Shown here one piece after another: positions 25,928-35,219 of a stretch of 64,000 nt of DNA (position 1 is its first letter; each line of letters starts with the position of its first letter). Origin of the DNA: an uncultured Thermoplasmata archaeon (lineage in GTDB: Archaea > Thermoplasmatota > Thermoplasmata > WALJ01); contig CAYYXK010000001.1 in the NCBI GenBank assembly GCA_964475625.1, positions 30,935 through 94,934 on the forward strand, read 5' to 3'. The notes under the pieces were generated by a model. The model was not told the DNA's origin. It saw nothing but the letters and a program-made list of their open reading frames with translations, and did no database searches. Position numbers and translations under genes: made by a program.

Positions 25928-26496
25928 TCCTCCGTTATCTCTATTCTCTCGTCACAGACCATGGTGAGAGCACGGTTTATCTCATCCGAGCTCTGCTCCT
26001 TTATCGAAAGGACTATCGTATACGCATTCTTAGAGCGCAGGCTGTTGAAAAGTATGTGCATGAACTCGGAAAGTATGCTTATGTTGTTGTGTATGGCCAG
26101 AGAGTTTATCGAATCTATGAAGATGAGTTTTTCCTTTTTGGGGTCCAGTTTTCTCAACAGGAATTCGATCTTAAGCATTATGTTCTCAAGCATCGTTGCA
26201 CTCTCCACATACAAAACATGGCCGTTGGTGGCCTTCTTGTCCATAAGTACGCTGGAACCGCAGTCAACGAAATATATGTGGTCTCTCTTCATCTCCAGAA
26301 GGTCCATAACATTGATTATGGATGCCGCCGGAAGTGTGGAGTTTATGTATATGACATCCAGCTTCTTCTCTATGGATATCTTTTCGGTAAGGGCCCTTAT
26401 CACATCGAAATAGCTGTCGGAATTTACTTCCAGCCCTATGACCGATGCTTCGCTTATGCCTTTCAGTTTCTCATACGCCTGATCCATGACGCCCAT
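25921..26496 (-). CDS. Degenerate KaiC/RecA-like domain protein (no Walker A; Walker-B-like 'LIFIDSINSL')
   Basis: Its secondary-structure-like pattern resembles a RecA fold. Its start and stop overlap the flanking KaiC-like genes. Confidence 0.4.
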   Translation of the reverse strand: MGVMDQAYEKLKGISEASVIGLEVNSDSYFDVIRALTEKISIEKKLDVIYINSTLPAASIINVMDLLEMKRDHIYFVDCGSSVLMDKKATNGHVLYVESATMLENIMLKIEFLLRKLDPKKEKLIFIDSINSLAIHNNISILSEFMHILFNSLRSKNAYTIVLSIKEQSSDEINRALTMVCDERIEITEEW

Positions 26497-27266
26497 CAGT
26501 CCCCACCTCCTTTGAGCATGGGAACCAGAAGAACCCCTATCGGCGTCAGGTCCAGCACATATTTTGCCCTCGAATGGCTGGTGCCTCTCATTTTCACGAC
26601 CTGAAGTGTTCTCAGAAGGTCGCCTCTTCTCTCATAATTTCCCATGAGTATTATCCCGTCGGCTATGGCCTCCTCAACCCCGTATGTGGAGTATCTGGCA
26701 TCCGAAGGAAGTATCTCGGAAACAAGCAGGCTGGTGCAGCCCAACTGAGACAGTTCTTTTCCGAGTTTCAGTATGAAATCCCGTATCTTTTCCTCTGTTT
26801 TTAACTGGAAACAGACCGATGTCACCGAATCTATCACAAGTCTCTTTATGTTGAGTTCCTTGACTATGTCCCCCAACGCATTGACGAGAAGGTCTATCTC
26901 CTCAAAGGAGAACTCCGATTTCTGAAGCCCGAGCCGCTCGTATATGGCGGGCATGTCTATGAATATCAATTTTCCCTTTTTAAGAAGGTCCTCGCTGAAG
27001 AATTCATATGGTATCAGGTTTGCCAGAAGTTTCTCGGATGCCTCTGTGACCGAAACGAAAAGGCAGTTCTCTCCATACAAGGCTCCGTGCACAAGGAACT
27101 CGAGACTTGTGGTGGTCTTCCCAGTACCACAGCTACCTGTTATGAGCACCGTGTTTCCCCTCGGTATCCCTCCGTTCAAAATTGCATCCAGCGTATCCAC
27201 ACCAGTCTTACAGCGGGGTCTGTCAGAAGATTTCACGGTGTTTTTCTTATGGGTGTTGAGAGGCAT
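26496..27266 (-). CDS. KaiC-like RecA-superfamily ATPase with intact Walker A/B
   Basis: 'GVDTLDAILNGGIPRGNTVLITGSCGTGKTTTSLEF' is present, with Walker B 'LVIDSVTS'. Confidence 0.7.
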   Translation of the reverse strand: MPLNTHKKNTVKSSDRPRCKTGVDTLDAILNGGIPRGNTVLITGSCGTGKTTTSLEFLVHGALYGENCLFVSVTEASEKLLANLIPYEFFSEDLLKKGKLIFIDMPAIYERLGLQKSEFSFEEIDLLVNALGDIVKELNIKRLVIDSVTSVCFQLKTEEKIRDFILKLGKELSQLGCTSLLVSEILPSDARYSTYGVEEAIADGIILMGNYERRGDLLRTLQVVKMRGTSHSRAKYVLDLTPIGVLLVPMLKGGGD

Positions 27267-27460
27267 ATGATTGGAGAGGATAACTACCTGCTTATATCTT
27301 TTTTGCCACGAGCTTCGAACAGACGGTGTTTTTTATCGAAAAACACGCACGACAACGAAAAGACACGGAACGACGAGATGCGCAAAAATAATACTTGTTA
27401 ATTCATGATGTTGAAAAGTAATTTTTATTTGCTGACATCTTTTAATTAAGCTCAGAAAGT

Positions 27461-27468
27461 TTTATATA
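27461..27468 (+). promoter_or_regulatory. TATA box (tttatata) of the nrdR-nrdDG promoter
   Basis: This strong archaeal TATA consensus sits in an AT-rich 270-bp intergenic region, about 80 bp upstream of the nrdR ATG. Confidence 0.5.
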
Positions 27469-27510
27469 CTTTCTATTCCTACAAGATGTTGTGCCCGACG
27501 AGGGGCTGAA

Positions 27511-27526
27511 ACACAAGATATATGTG
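27511..27526 (+). promoter_or_regulatory. Putative NrdR box (acacaagatatatgtg), an imperfect palindrome resembling the bacterial NrdR-box consensus acaCwAtATaTwGtgt
   Basis: It is located between the TATA box and the nrdR start, about 20 bp upstream of the ATG. Confidence 0.4.
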
Positions 27527-27544
27527 ATAGATAGAGGTAGAGAA

Positions 27545-28009
27545 ATGAAGTGCCCGTACTGTGGAAACGTAGACACAAAGGTGGTGGATTCCCGCTACTC
27601 CGAAGACATGGGAGCCATACGCAGAAGAAGAGAATGTCTCAACTGCGGAAAACGATTTACGACCTATGAAAGGGTGGAAATCGCGCCGATAATAGTGATA
27701 AAAAAGAACGGTGTGAAAGAGGAATTCGACCCCGAGAAGATACGTAAAGGGATGATGCGGGCCTGCGAGAAGAGACCGATAAGCCCGGAGGACATAGACA
27801 TAGCGGTGCAGGAGATAGAACGGGAAATACGGCAGATGGAGTCCATAGAGATCCCGAGTATGGAGATAGGGGAACTAGTAATGAGAAAGCTCCGCTCCAT
27901 GGACAAGGTCGCATACATACGCTTTGCCTCGGTCTATCGCGAATTCGAGGATGTCGAAACATTCCAGAAGGAAATAAACATGATATTGGAGAAATACGGA
28001 GGAAGATAG
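27545..28009 (+). CDS. nrdR: Transcriptional repressor NrdR (zinc ribbon + ATP-cone)
   Basis: 'MKCPYCG...DTKVVDSR...RRRRECLNCGKRFTTYERVE' is the NrdR signature. Confidence 0.85.
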   Translation: MKCPYCGNVDTKVVDSRYSEDMGAIRRRRECLNCGKRFTTYERVEIAPIIVIKKNGVKEEFDPEKIRKGMMRACEKRPISPEDIDIAVQEIEREIRQMESIEIPSMEIGELVMRKLRSMDKVAYIRFASVYREFEDVETFQKEINMILEKYGGR

Positions 28010-28010
28010 A

Positions 28011-30470
28011 ATGGTACTGGAAAAAGTAAGAAAAAGAGACGGAAGAATAGTGGAATTCGATCAGGAAAAGATAACTGAGGCCATCCAGAAGGCGTTCCTT
28101 GCAAAAGGATACATGAGTGAGACCGCAAAACTGCTGTCAAAGAGCCTTTCGGACAAGGTAGTCGGAAAACTTGAGAAGAGATTCTCGGATGAAATCCCGG
28201 AGATAGAAGATATACAGGACCTCGTTGAGGCGACTCTCATAGAGGAGAATTTCAGCAAGGTGGCCAAAGCGTACATACTTTACAGAAGGCAGAGGGAGGA
28301 TGTAAGAAAGCTCAAAGAGACCATGCTTGAAGTGGACAAGGTCATGGACGGATATCTCGACCAGATAGACTGGAGGGTGAATGAGAACAGCAATTCCGGC
28401 TATTCCCTTTCGGGCTTGCTGATGCACGCGGCAGGCTCCGTTGTTGCGAACTATGTTCTCACGAAGGTCTATCCGAAAGAGATTGCGGATGCGCACAGAG
28501 AAGGGGATTTCCATATCCACGACCTTTCAATGGGAATTGCGGGATACTGTGCCGGTTGGAGCATAAAACAGCTTCTGACGGAGGGATTCAACGGAGTGGA
28601 GGGCAAGGTGGCATCATCTCCCCCGAAACACCTTGAAACAGCTCTCGGACAGATGGTCAATTTCCTCGGAACTCTGCAGAATGAGTGGGCCGGTGCGATG
28701 GCATTCTCATCCTTCGATACATATCTCGCACCCTTCGTGCGCTCGGACAACCTTGACTATAAGCAGGTGAAACAGGCGGTACAGCAGTTCGTTTTCAGTC
28801 TGAATGTCGCCAGCAGATGGGGCGGCCAGACACCTTTCACAAACATAACTCTGGACTGGGTCGTTCCCGAGGATATGAAAGATGAACCGGCCATAGTCGG
28901 AGGAAAACTTGCCGATTTCACATACGGAGAGCTTCAGAAGGAAATGGACCTCATCAACAAAGCGTTCATAGAAGTGATGATAGAAGGAGATGCGAACGGA
29001 AGGCCCTTTACCTTCCCGATACCCACATACAATATAACCGATGACTTCGACTGGGACAGCGAAAACGCCACTCTTCTTTTCGATATGACCGCCAAGTACG
29101 GACTCCCGTATTTCCAGAACTTCATAAACAGTGACCTCAACCCGGGAGATGTAAGGTCCATGTGCTGCAGACTGCAGCTTAACCTTAAGGAATTGAAGGC
29201 GAAGACAGGCGGTCTTTTCGGCTCCGGAGAATGCACGGGTTCGATAGGTGTCGTAACATTGAACATGCCCCGCATAGGCTATCTTTCAAAGACGAAAGAG
29301 GAGTTCTTCGAAAGGGTATCCAAACTCATGGACCTTGCGCAGGAATCCCTCGAGATAAAGAGAAAGATCGTCAACATGAACATGGAGAACGGACTTCTTC
29401 CGTACACGAAGAGATATCTCGGAACCCTGGACAACCATTTCTCCACGATAGGGCTCGTCGGAATGAACGAAGCCTCACTGAATTTCATGGGAAAGGACAT
29501 AGGTACTGAAGACGGAAAGAAGTTCGCGATAGAGGTCCTCAACTTCATGAGGGATAAGCTTACCCAGTATCAGGAGGAGACCGGACACATATACAACCTT
29601 GAAGCGACTCCTGCCGAAGGCACCTCATACAGACTTGCAAGGATTGATAAACAGAAATATCCCGATATCATAACTTCAGGCGAGGATGAGCCGTATTACA
29701 CCAATTCCACACAGCTCCCAGTCGGATATACGGACGACATATTTGAGGCGCTCGACCTTCAGGACGACCTTCAGAAACTGTACACCGGTGGTACTGTCCT
29801 TCACGGTTTCCTAGGAGAGGAAATAGACAATGCGGAATCCTGCAAACTTCTCGTAAGAAGGATCGCCGAGAACTACAGACTCCCGTACTACACGATAACA
29901 CCTACATTCTCCATATGCAAACAGCATGGATATATATCCGGGGAGCACTTCACATGTCCGAAATGCGGTGAGCCGACAGAGGTATATTCAAGGGTCGTGG
30001 GATACTTCAGACCGGTCCAGAACTGGAACAAGGGAAAGAAGGAGGAGTTCAAGGAGAGGCTGGAGTTCAACATAAAGAAGAGAGGTATACGGCCTGCGCT
30101 CCGCCCTTCCGTCAATAAGGAATCGGACAGCCCCGCTTCGAATATGATGGCTTCTTCATCGCCTGCCGAAGGAGGAGAGGTTGCCGCAGAGATAACTCCG
30201 ATAAGCTCGGGTATCCTTGATGACAAGAAGGTCTCGAAATATGTATTCTTCTGGGCCAACCACTGCCCTCACTGCCCTGCCGTAAAGATGTATCTGAACG
30301 ATAAGGCGGATGGTATTCCCGGAGAGCACATAAACGTCGATACAGAAGAAGGCCGCGAAATGGCTCTGAATTACGATATAATAGGCACACCCACGGTCAT
30401 ACTTTTCGATGAAGGCGGGAACGAACTGGCCCGGGTGAACAATATCGGAGGATTGCGTAAATGGTTGTAA
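28011..30470 (+). CDS. nrdD: Anaerobic ribonucleoside-triphosphate reductase (class III) with N-terminal ATP-cone and C-terminal thioredoxin-like (CPHC) extension
   Basis: It has an ATP-cone, the glycyl-radical motif 'SRVVGYFRPV', and a Cys cluster 'CPKCGE'. The extra C-terminal ~110 aa contain 'WANHCPHCP'. GGAGGA is the SD at 27997-28002. Confidence 0.85.
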   Translation: MVLEKVRKRDGRIVEFDQEKITEAIQKAFLAKGYMSETAKLLSKSLSDKVVGKLEKRFSDEIPEIEDIQDLVEATLIEENFSKVAKAYILYRRQREDVRKLKETMLEVDKVMDGYLDQIDWRVNENSNSGYSLSGLLMHAAGSVVANYVLTKVYPKEIADAHREGDFHIHDLSMGIAGYCAGWSIKQLLTEGFNGVEGKVASSPPKHLETALGQMVNFLGTLQNEWAGAMAFSSFDTYLAPFVRSDNLDYKQVKQAVQQFVFSLNVASRWGGQTPFTNITLDWVVPEDMKDEPAIVGGKLADFTYGELQKEMDLINKAFIEVMIEGDANGRPFTFPIPTYNITDDFDWDSENATLLFDMTAKYGLPYFQNFINSDLNPGDVRSMCCRLQLNLKELKAKTGGLFGSGECTGSIGVVTLNMPRIGYLSKTKEEFFERVSKLMDLAQESLEIKRKIVNMNMENGLLPYTKRYLGTLDNHFSTIGLVGMNEASLNFMGKDIGTEDGKKFAIEVLNFMRDKLTQYQEETGHIYNLEATPAEGTSYRLARIDKQKYPDIITSGEDEPYYTNSTQLPVGYTDDIFEALDLQDDLQKLYTGGTVLHGFLGEEIDNAESCKLLVRRIAENYRLPYYTITPTFSICKQHGYISGEHFTCPKCGEPTEVYSRVVGYFRPVQNWNKGKKEEFKERLEFNIKKRGIRPALRPSVNKESDSPASNMMASSSPAEGGEVAAEITPISSGILDDKKVSKYVFFWANHCPHCPAVKMYLNDKADGIPGEHINVDTEEGREMALNYDIIGTPTVILFDEGGNELARVNNIGGLRKWL

Positions 30471-31162
30471 TGAACGGGATGCAGAAGACCTCGTTCATAG
30501 ACTATCCCGGAAAGATAGTCACGACCATCTTCTTCGGCAACTGCAATTTCCGCTGCCCATACTGCCACAATTCGGACCTTGTCTTCAACAAGGACCTTCC
30601 GCGGATCGACCACGGAGTACTTCTTGAACATCTTGAGATGCGCAAGGGAAAACTGGATGGCATATGCATAACCGGAGGGGAGCCCACTCTCCACACGGAC
30701 CTTCCCGAGCTCATCAGAGATGTTAAGGAAAAGGGATTCCTCGTCAAACTGGACAGCAACGGAACAAATCCGCGTATGCTTGAAGAACTCTTCTCCGAAG
30801 ATCTCGTGGATTACATAGCGATGGATATCAAGGCTCCCAAGGAAAGGTACTCCGATGTCGTGAAGGTGAATGTCAACATGGATATCATCGAAAACAGCAT
30901 AGATCTGATAAGAGATATGGCTCCGGACTATGAATTCAGGACCACGATACCCAGAGAGCTTCTGAGCCCGGATGACATAATGCGCATAGGAGAGTGGATA
31001 AAAGGCTCCAAAAGATATGCGCTCCAGCAGTTCAAGCCGAACAAACCTCTTGACCCGGCATGCATGGACTGTCATGGGTACACCAAGAAGGAGATGGACG
31101 CCATGGCTGAAAGACTGAAAGGCTATTTCGACGAGGTTCTGGTGCGAGCGAAGGACGACTGA
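30470..31162 (+). CDS. nrdG: Anaerobic RNR activating protein (radical SAM)
   Basis: 'FGNCNFRCPYCHN' is present. Its start overlaps the nrdD stop (TAATG); an alternative ATG lies at 30461. Confidence 0.8.
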   Translation: MNGMQKTSFIDYPGKIVTTIFFGNCNFRCPYCHNSDLVFNKDLPRIDHGVLLEHLEMRKGKLDGICITGGEPTLHTDLPELIRDVKEKGFLVKLDSNGTNPRMLEELFSEDLVDYIAMDIKAPKERYSDVVKVNVNMDIIENSIDLIRDMAPDYEFRTTIPRELLSPDDIMRIGEWIKGSKRYALQQFKPNKPLDPACMDCHGYTKKEMDAMAERLKGYFDEVLVRAKDD

Positions 31163-31196
31163 AAAACCTTTTAAACTCTTTTTAGATACCATTTTC

Positions 31197-31394
31197 ATGA
31201 GCGATATACCTGCACACAAACACTGCCCGGTCTGCGGGATCTCGATCCCGCCGGATGAGGAATTCTGCTCCAAAAAATGCGAGAAGCAGTGGAACGAGAT
31301 GATAAAAAGGAAAAAGAAGAGCGCTACCATAATGTGGGCGCTCGTAGGTGTGCTGGTCGCACTGGCCGTATTCATGATGTTCTCTCCGAAGTGA
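31197..31394 (+). CDS. Small zinc-ribbon membrane protein (DUF2116-like)
   Basis: It has 'CPVCG...FCSKKC' and a C-terminal TM helix. Confidence 0.4.
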   Translation: MSDIPAHKHCPVCGISIPPDEEFCSKKCEKQWNEMIKRKKKSATIMWALVGVLVALAVFMMFSPK

Positions 31395-31398
31395 TCGT

Positions 31399-32373
31399 AT
31401 GATATGCGTGGGGGGGACATTTGAACACCTTCATGCGGGCCATAGGAAACTCCTCCGAAGGGCATTCTCACTGAATGGAGAGGTGCACATCGGACTGACG
31501 GCGGATTCCTTCGCATCCGAAGGGCGAGGAAGAGCTATACTTCCATATGAGAAAAGGCTGGAGAACCTGAAAGAGTTCTTGGATTCCATGGGCTGGGAGA
31601 ATTACAGGATATCGCCCCTGAATGATGAGATGGGTGAATGTCTGAAAGAAGAATGCACGGACCTTGTTGTTTCGGAAGAGACCGCCGGTGTGGCAGAGAA
31701 AATAAACTCAATGAGAATTGAAAAAGGGCTCGTACAACTGCGGATACATGTGGTCACATATGTTCTAGCGGAGGATTTCAGACCCGTAAGCTCAAGCAGG
31801 ATTGCATCCGGTGAAATAGATGAAGAAGGACATCTTAAGAGAGAACTGCGGGTCGCGGTGGGCTCGGTCAATCCGAACAAGGTCGATGCGGTGACCGATG
31901 TGATCTCCCAGTTCTATGATTCCATGGATGTGAAGGCTTTCGCTGTCGAATCCGTCGTTCCGGAACAGCCTTTCAATGAAGACACCATAAGGGGTGCCAT
32001 AAATCGTGCTAAGAACGCCCTGCACGAATGGGGCGACGCGGACATAGGTGTGGGGATAGAAGCGGGGCTCATATATGAGCCGATGACTGAAAAATACTAT
32101 GATGTTCAGTACTGTGCCATAGCGGATAGGATAGGCTGGATAACCCTCGGACATGGCCCGGGTTTCATTTATCCCAAAAAGGTCATGGCCAATGTGAGTG
32201 AGGGGCTTGCCATCGGTGATGCCATGAAAAAAGCGTACGGTACTGAGAACATAGGGTATAAGGAAGGTGCGATAGGTTTCCTGACCGAGGGGCGCTACAC
32301 ACGAAAGCTTCTTAGCGAGAATGCGGTGATAATGGCCTTCGTTCCGAGAATAAGAAAAGAAGACTACAGGTAA
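31399..32373 (+). CDS. Fusion protein: archaeal-type phosphopantetheine adenylyltransferase (CoaD-like) N-terminus plus YjjX-family inosine/xanthosine triphosphatase C-terminus
   Basis: The N-terminus has 'VGGTFEHLHAGH' (nucleotidyltransferase HxGH). The C-terminus 'VAVGSVNPNKVDAV...GIEAGLI...GAIGFLTEG' matches the PF01931 pattern. Confidence 0.55.
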   Translation: MICVGGTFEHLHAGHRKLLRRAFSLNGEVHIGLTADSFASEGRGRAILPYEKRLENLKEFLDSMGWENYRISPLNDEMGECLKEECTDLVVSEETAGVAEKINSMRIEKGLVQLRIHVVTYVLAEDFRPVSSSRIASGEIDEEGHLKRELRVAVGSVNPNKVDAVTDVISQFYDSMDVKAFAVESVVPEQPFNEDTIRGAINRAKNALHEWGDADIGVGIEAGLIYEPMTEKYYDVQYCAIADRIGWITLGHGPGFIYPKKVMANVSEGLAIGDAMKKAYGTENIGYKEGAIGFLTEGRYTRKLLSENAVIMAFVPRIRKEDYR

Positions 32374-32483
32374 GCCCGCCTTCTTCATCCTATTTTCCAT
32401 AATATCTTTTAAGCGAAAAATCGCCTGTTTTCTTCGATTTCAATATTCATTATATTCAATACATATGTAGTCAAATCCGACAG

Positions 32484-32491
32484 TTATAAAT
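32484..32491 (+). promoter_or_regulatory. TATA box (ttataaat) of the type IV filament module promoter
   Basis: It lies about 42 bp upstream of the ATG at 32533, with GAGGTG SD at 32518-32523. Confidence 0.45.
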
Positions 32492-32532
32492 AGGAATATA
32501 GGATATAGCCCACTGCTGAGGTGGCACATCCG

Positions 32533-34212
32533 ATGGCAGAAACAGAAAAAGTTTCGGAAAAGGAATCAAAAAAGTTCGATCTCTTCTCACTGATGGAGCC
32601 GTTTATCCGTAAGACTCCCAAAAAGGTGATGATACCTGCTAAAGAGGCAGAGGACCGGACGGACCAGGGTTCTATATACACCAACATCCCCCCCATAACG
32701 GACCCCAATGTAGATGTGCTTGAGATAAAGCCCATTGTAAAGGATTTTTCATATTCTCGGATATTGTATGACAATGCTAACAGTGAATATATATATCAGG
32801 CAATAGAGCCGCAGCTCAGTGAAAAGGAACAGGGATATCTCATTCTTCTGAAAGACTCCATGAGCAAGACCATGGACTATGAGTGGGAAAAACTGGCCGA
32901 CCATGATAAAAAAGAATACCTTATCGAGAGCATAGAAAGCTTCATCAAAAGCCGGAACCTTGACCTTCCCGAAGTAAGCAAAGAGAAGATAATGTACTAT
33001 CTTGTCCGTGATTTCATAGGTTACGGTCCGATCGATATTCTCATGAATGACGAGGACATAGAGGACATCTCCTGTGACGGTACCAACATACCTCTCTTCA
33101 TATTCCATAAGAAATACGAGTCGATAAAAACAGATGTGAAGTTTCTGGAGGACGAGGTACTTGATTCGTTCATAATCTCTCTGGGACAGCGCTGCGGAAA
33201 GAACATATCTGTGGCAAACCCGATTCTGGACGGTACCAGCAAGGAGGGGCACAGGGTTCAGGCAACATATTCCCATGAGGTTACCACCCGCGGTTCCTCG
33301 TTCACCATAAGGCGTTTCAAAGAAAAGCCCTTCACACCGGTTGAGCTGATAAAGTTCAATACCGCATCCGCTGAAATGATAGCGTATCTGTGGATGATGG
33401 TCGAGAACGGTAAATCGCTAATAGTCTGCGGTGGAACTGCGTGCGGTAAAACCGCGACGCTCAATGCGACAAGCCTCTTCATCCCTCCGGGTGCAAAAAT
33501 CGTTACAATGGAGGACACAAGGGAGATAAACCTGCCACATGAGAACTGGATTCCCAGTACCACGAGGAGTGGTGTCGGCGAAAGAGGCGCTGACGGTAAG
33601 GCCGCCGGTGAGATAGACATGTACGACCTCGTCAGGGCCGCTCTGAGGCAAAGGCCAAACTATATCATAGTGGGAGAGGTGAGAGGTAAGGAGACATACA
33701 CCATGTTCCAGGCCATGGCAACGGGACATACGACATATACGACCATGCACGCCGACTCCGTCAAGTCCATGGTGCACAGGCTTGAGAATCCGCCGATCAA
33801 TACGCCCAGAATCCTTCTTACCGCACTCAACCTTGTCATAATCCAGACCTTTGCGAGGCTGAAGGACCTTCAGGTCAGGAGGATAAAGGAGATTGTGGAG
33901 ATAGTCGGCTTCGAAGCGGAAACGAATGAACTTGTTACGAATCAGGTCTATGCATGGAATCAGATAACGGATACTTTTCTATATAAGGGACACAGTTTCA
34001 TACTCGATGCTATCATGGAAATGAAAAATATGACCCACGAAGACATGCAGAACGAGATGAATCGCAGGGTCGAGGTCATAGAGTATATGGTTAAAAAAAA
34101 CATAGTGGACTACCGGGAAATAGCCAAGATAATCACCGGCTATTACAAAGACCCGGAGGAGACCATAGAGCGCATAAGAGATGAACTTGAGGTGGAATCC
34201 GATGAGTCCTGA
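32533..34212 (+). CDS. FlaI/TadA-like type IV filament assembly ATPase (paralog 1)
   Basis: Walker A 'CGGTACGKTATLNA' is present, along with 'GEVRGKE', 'MATGH', and an archaeal FlaI-type N-terminal domain. Confidence 0.8.
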   Translation: MAETEKVSEKESKKFDLFSLMEPFIRKTPKKVMIPAKEAEDRTDQGSIYTNIPPITDPNVDVLEIKPIVKDFSYSRILYDNANSEYIYQAIEPQLSEKEQGYLILLKDSMSKTMDYEWEKLADHDKKEYLIESIESFIKSRNLDLPEVSKEKIMYYLVRDFIGYGPIDILMNDEDIEDISCDGTNIPLFIFHKKYESIKTDVKFLEDEVLDSFIISLGQRCGKNISVANPILDGTSKEGHRVQATYSHEVTTRGSSFTIRRFKEKPFTPVELIKFNTASAEMIAYLWMMVENGKSLIVCGGTACGKTATLNATSLFIPPGAKIVTMEDTREINLPHENWIPSTTRSGVGERGADGKAAGEIDMYDLVRAALRQRPNYIIVGEVRGKETYTMFQAMATGHTTYTTMHADSVKSMVHRLENPPINTPRILLTALNLVIIQTFARLKDLQVRRIKEIVEIVGFEAETNELVTNQVYAWNQITDTFLYKGHSFILDAIMEMKNMTHEDMQNEMNRRVEVIEYMVKKNIVDYREIAKIITGYYKDPEETIERIRDELEVESDES

Positions 34213-35218
34213 AGTTAGCGATGCATTCAAAGGCCTGGATACGAAAAAATGGAGCCTGTTCCATACGAAAAGAGTCAAGGCCGAAGATGTCATAGAGGGT
34301 TATGGTCCGCACATCGTTTATCTCCCGAAAGAGGCCGTCCCCAGTCAAATAAGACTTACACCCTTTCAACAGACCGCACTTCGTATCATGGGGAAAAAGG
34401 CGGAAAAAGAGATCGAAAAATATCCGGATTTGGATGACTGGCTTCTGAAATCCCGTATGCGTATGAGGGGCGAAGAGTATCTGGCATATGCTCTTCTGAC
34501 GACATATATCATGTGGGCTATTGCGGGCGTTCTTGCAGTTGTATTCATCGCACTCTATTCCGTGATCGGATTCCTTTCCATATTGATCGCACTTATAATG
34601 GTCATGATCGCATTTGTGATTAAACCGTTGATACTTTCGATGCCCAAATCGAAGGCCAAGGGCAGAGGAAGAGATATAGACAAGAAACTCGCGTCCGCCA
34701 TGTCCTTCGTGGCATCACTCTCATCCGCAGATGTGAATGTGGATGTCATATTCAAAGAGCTTGCAAAACAGCCTATATATGGGGAGATACAGAAGGAGGC
34801 CGAATGGATAACCAGAGACACCGAGTTGCTAGGTGTTGACATACTCACGGCCATAAAAGAAGGTGCCCTGCGCAGCCCTTCGGTCAAGTGGCAGGACTTC
34901 CTTCAGGGTGTGGTCACAACCTCCACATCGGGGGGACAGCTCAAGCCTTACTTCATAGTCAAATTACAGGAGTTCGAAAAGGACAGCCAGCTTGACAACA
35001 AAAGAAGGGCCGAAACTCTGGGAATGATGGCGGAATCGTATGTCACCGTCGTGGTCGCATTCCCGCTGTTCCTGATAGTCATCATAGCTATAATGGCGAT
35101 AACGAACGGACAGGCGGAATCAAGCATACCCATGCTCTATGCGGTAGATGCGCTGATGATACCTGGCTCACAGGGTATTTTCCTTTACATCATGTGGGGC
35201 CTTACACAGGAGGCATAA
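34202..35218 (+). CDS. TadB/TadC-like platform protein, N-terminal half (single T2SSF-type domain, multiple TM)
   Basis: It has polytopic TM segments around a cytoplasmic helical domain. It overlaps the ATPase stop by 11 nt. Confidence 0.6.
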   Translation: MSPEVSDAFKGLDTKKWSLFHTKRVKAEDVIEGYGPHIVYLPKEAVPSQIRLTPFQQTALRIMGKKAEKEIEKYPDLDDWLLKSRMRMRGEEYLAYALLTTYIMWAIAGVLAVVFIALYSVIGFLSILIALIMVMIAFVIKPLILSMPKSKAKGRGRDIDKKLASAMSFVASLSSADVNVDVIFKELAKQPIYGEIQKEAEWITRDTELLGVDILTAIKEGALRSPSVKWQDFLQGVVTTSTSGGQLKPYFIVKLQEFEKDSQLDNKRRAETLGMMAESYVTVVVAFPLFLIVIIAIMAITNGQAESSIPMLYAVDALMIPGSQGIFLYIMWGLTQEA

Positions 35219-35219
35219 G

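Noticed and set aside
25921-26496. Gene B and gene C of the KaiC trio as a single frameshifted gene
   Set aside because: Both have their own start codons overlapping the preceding stops. Each is a complete domain in length. There is no need to invoke a frameshift.
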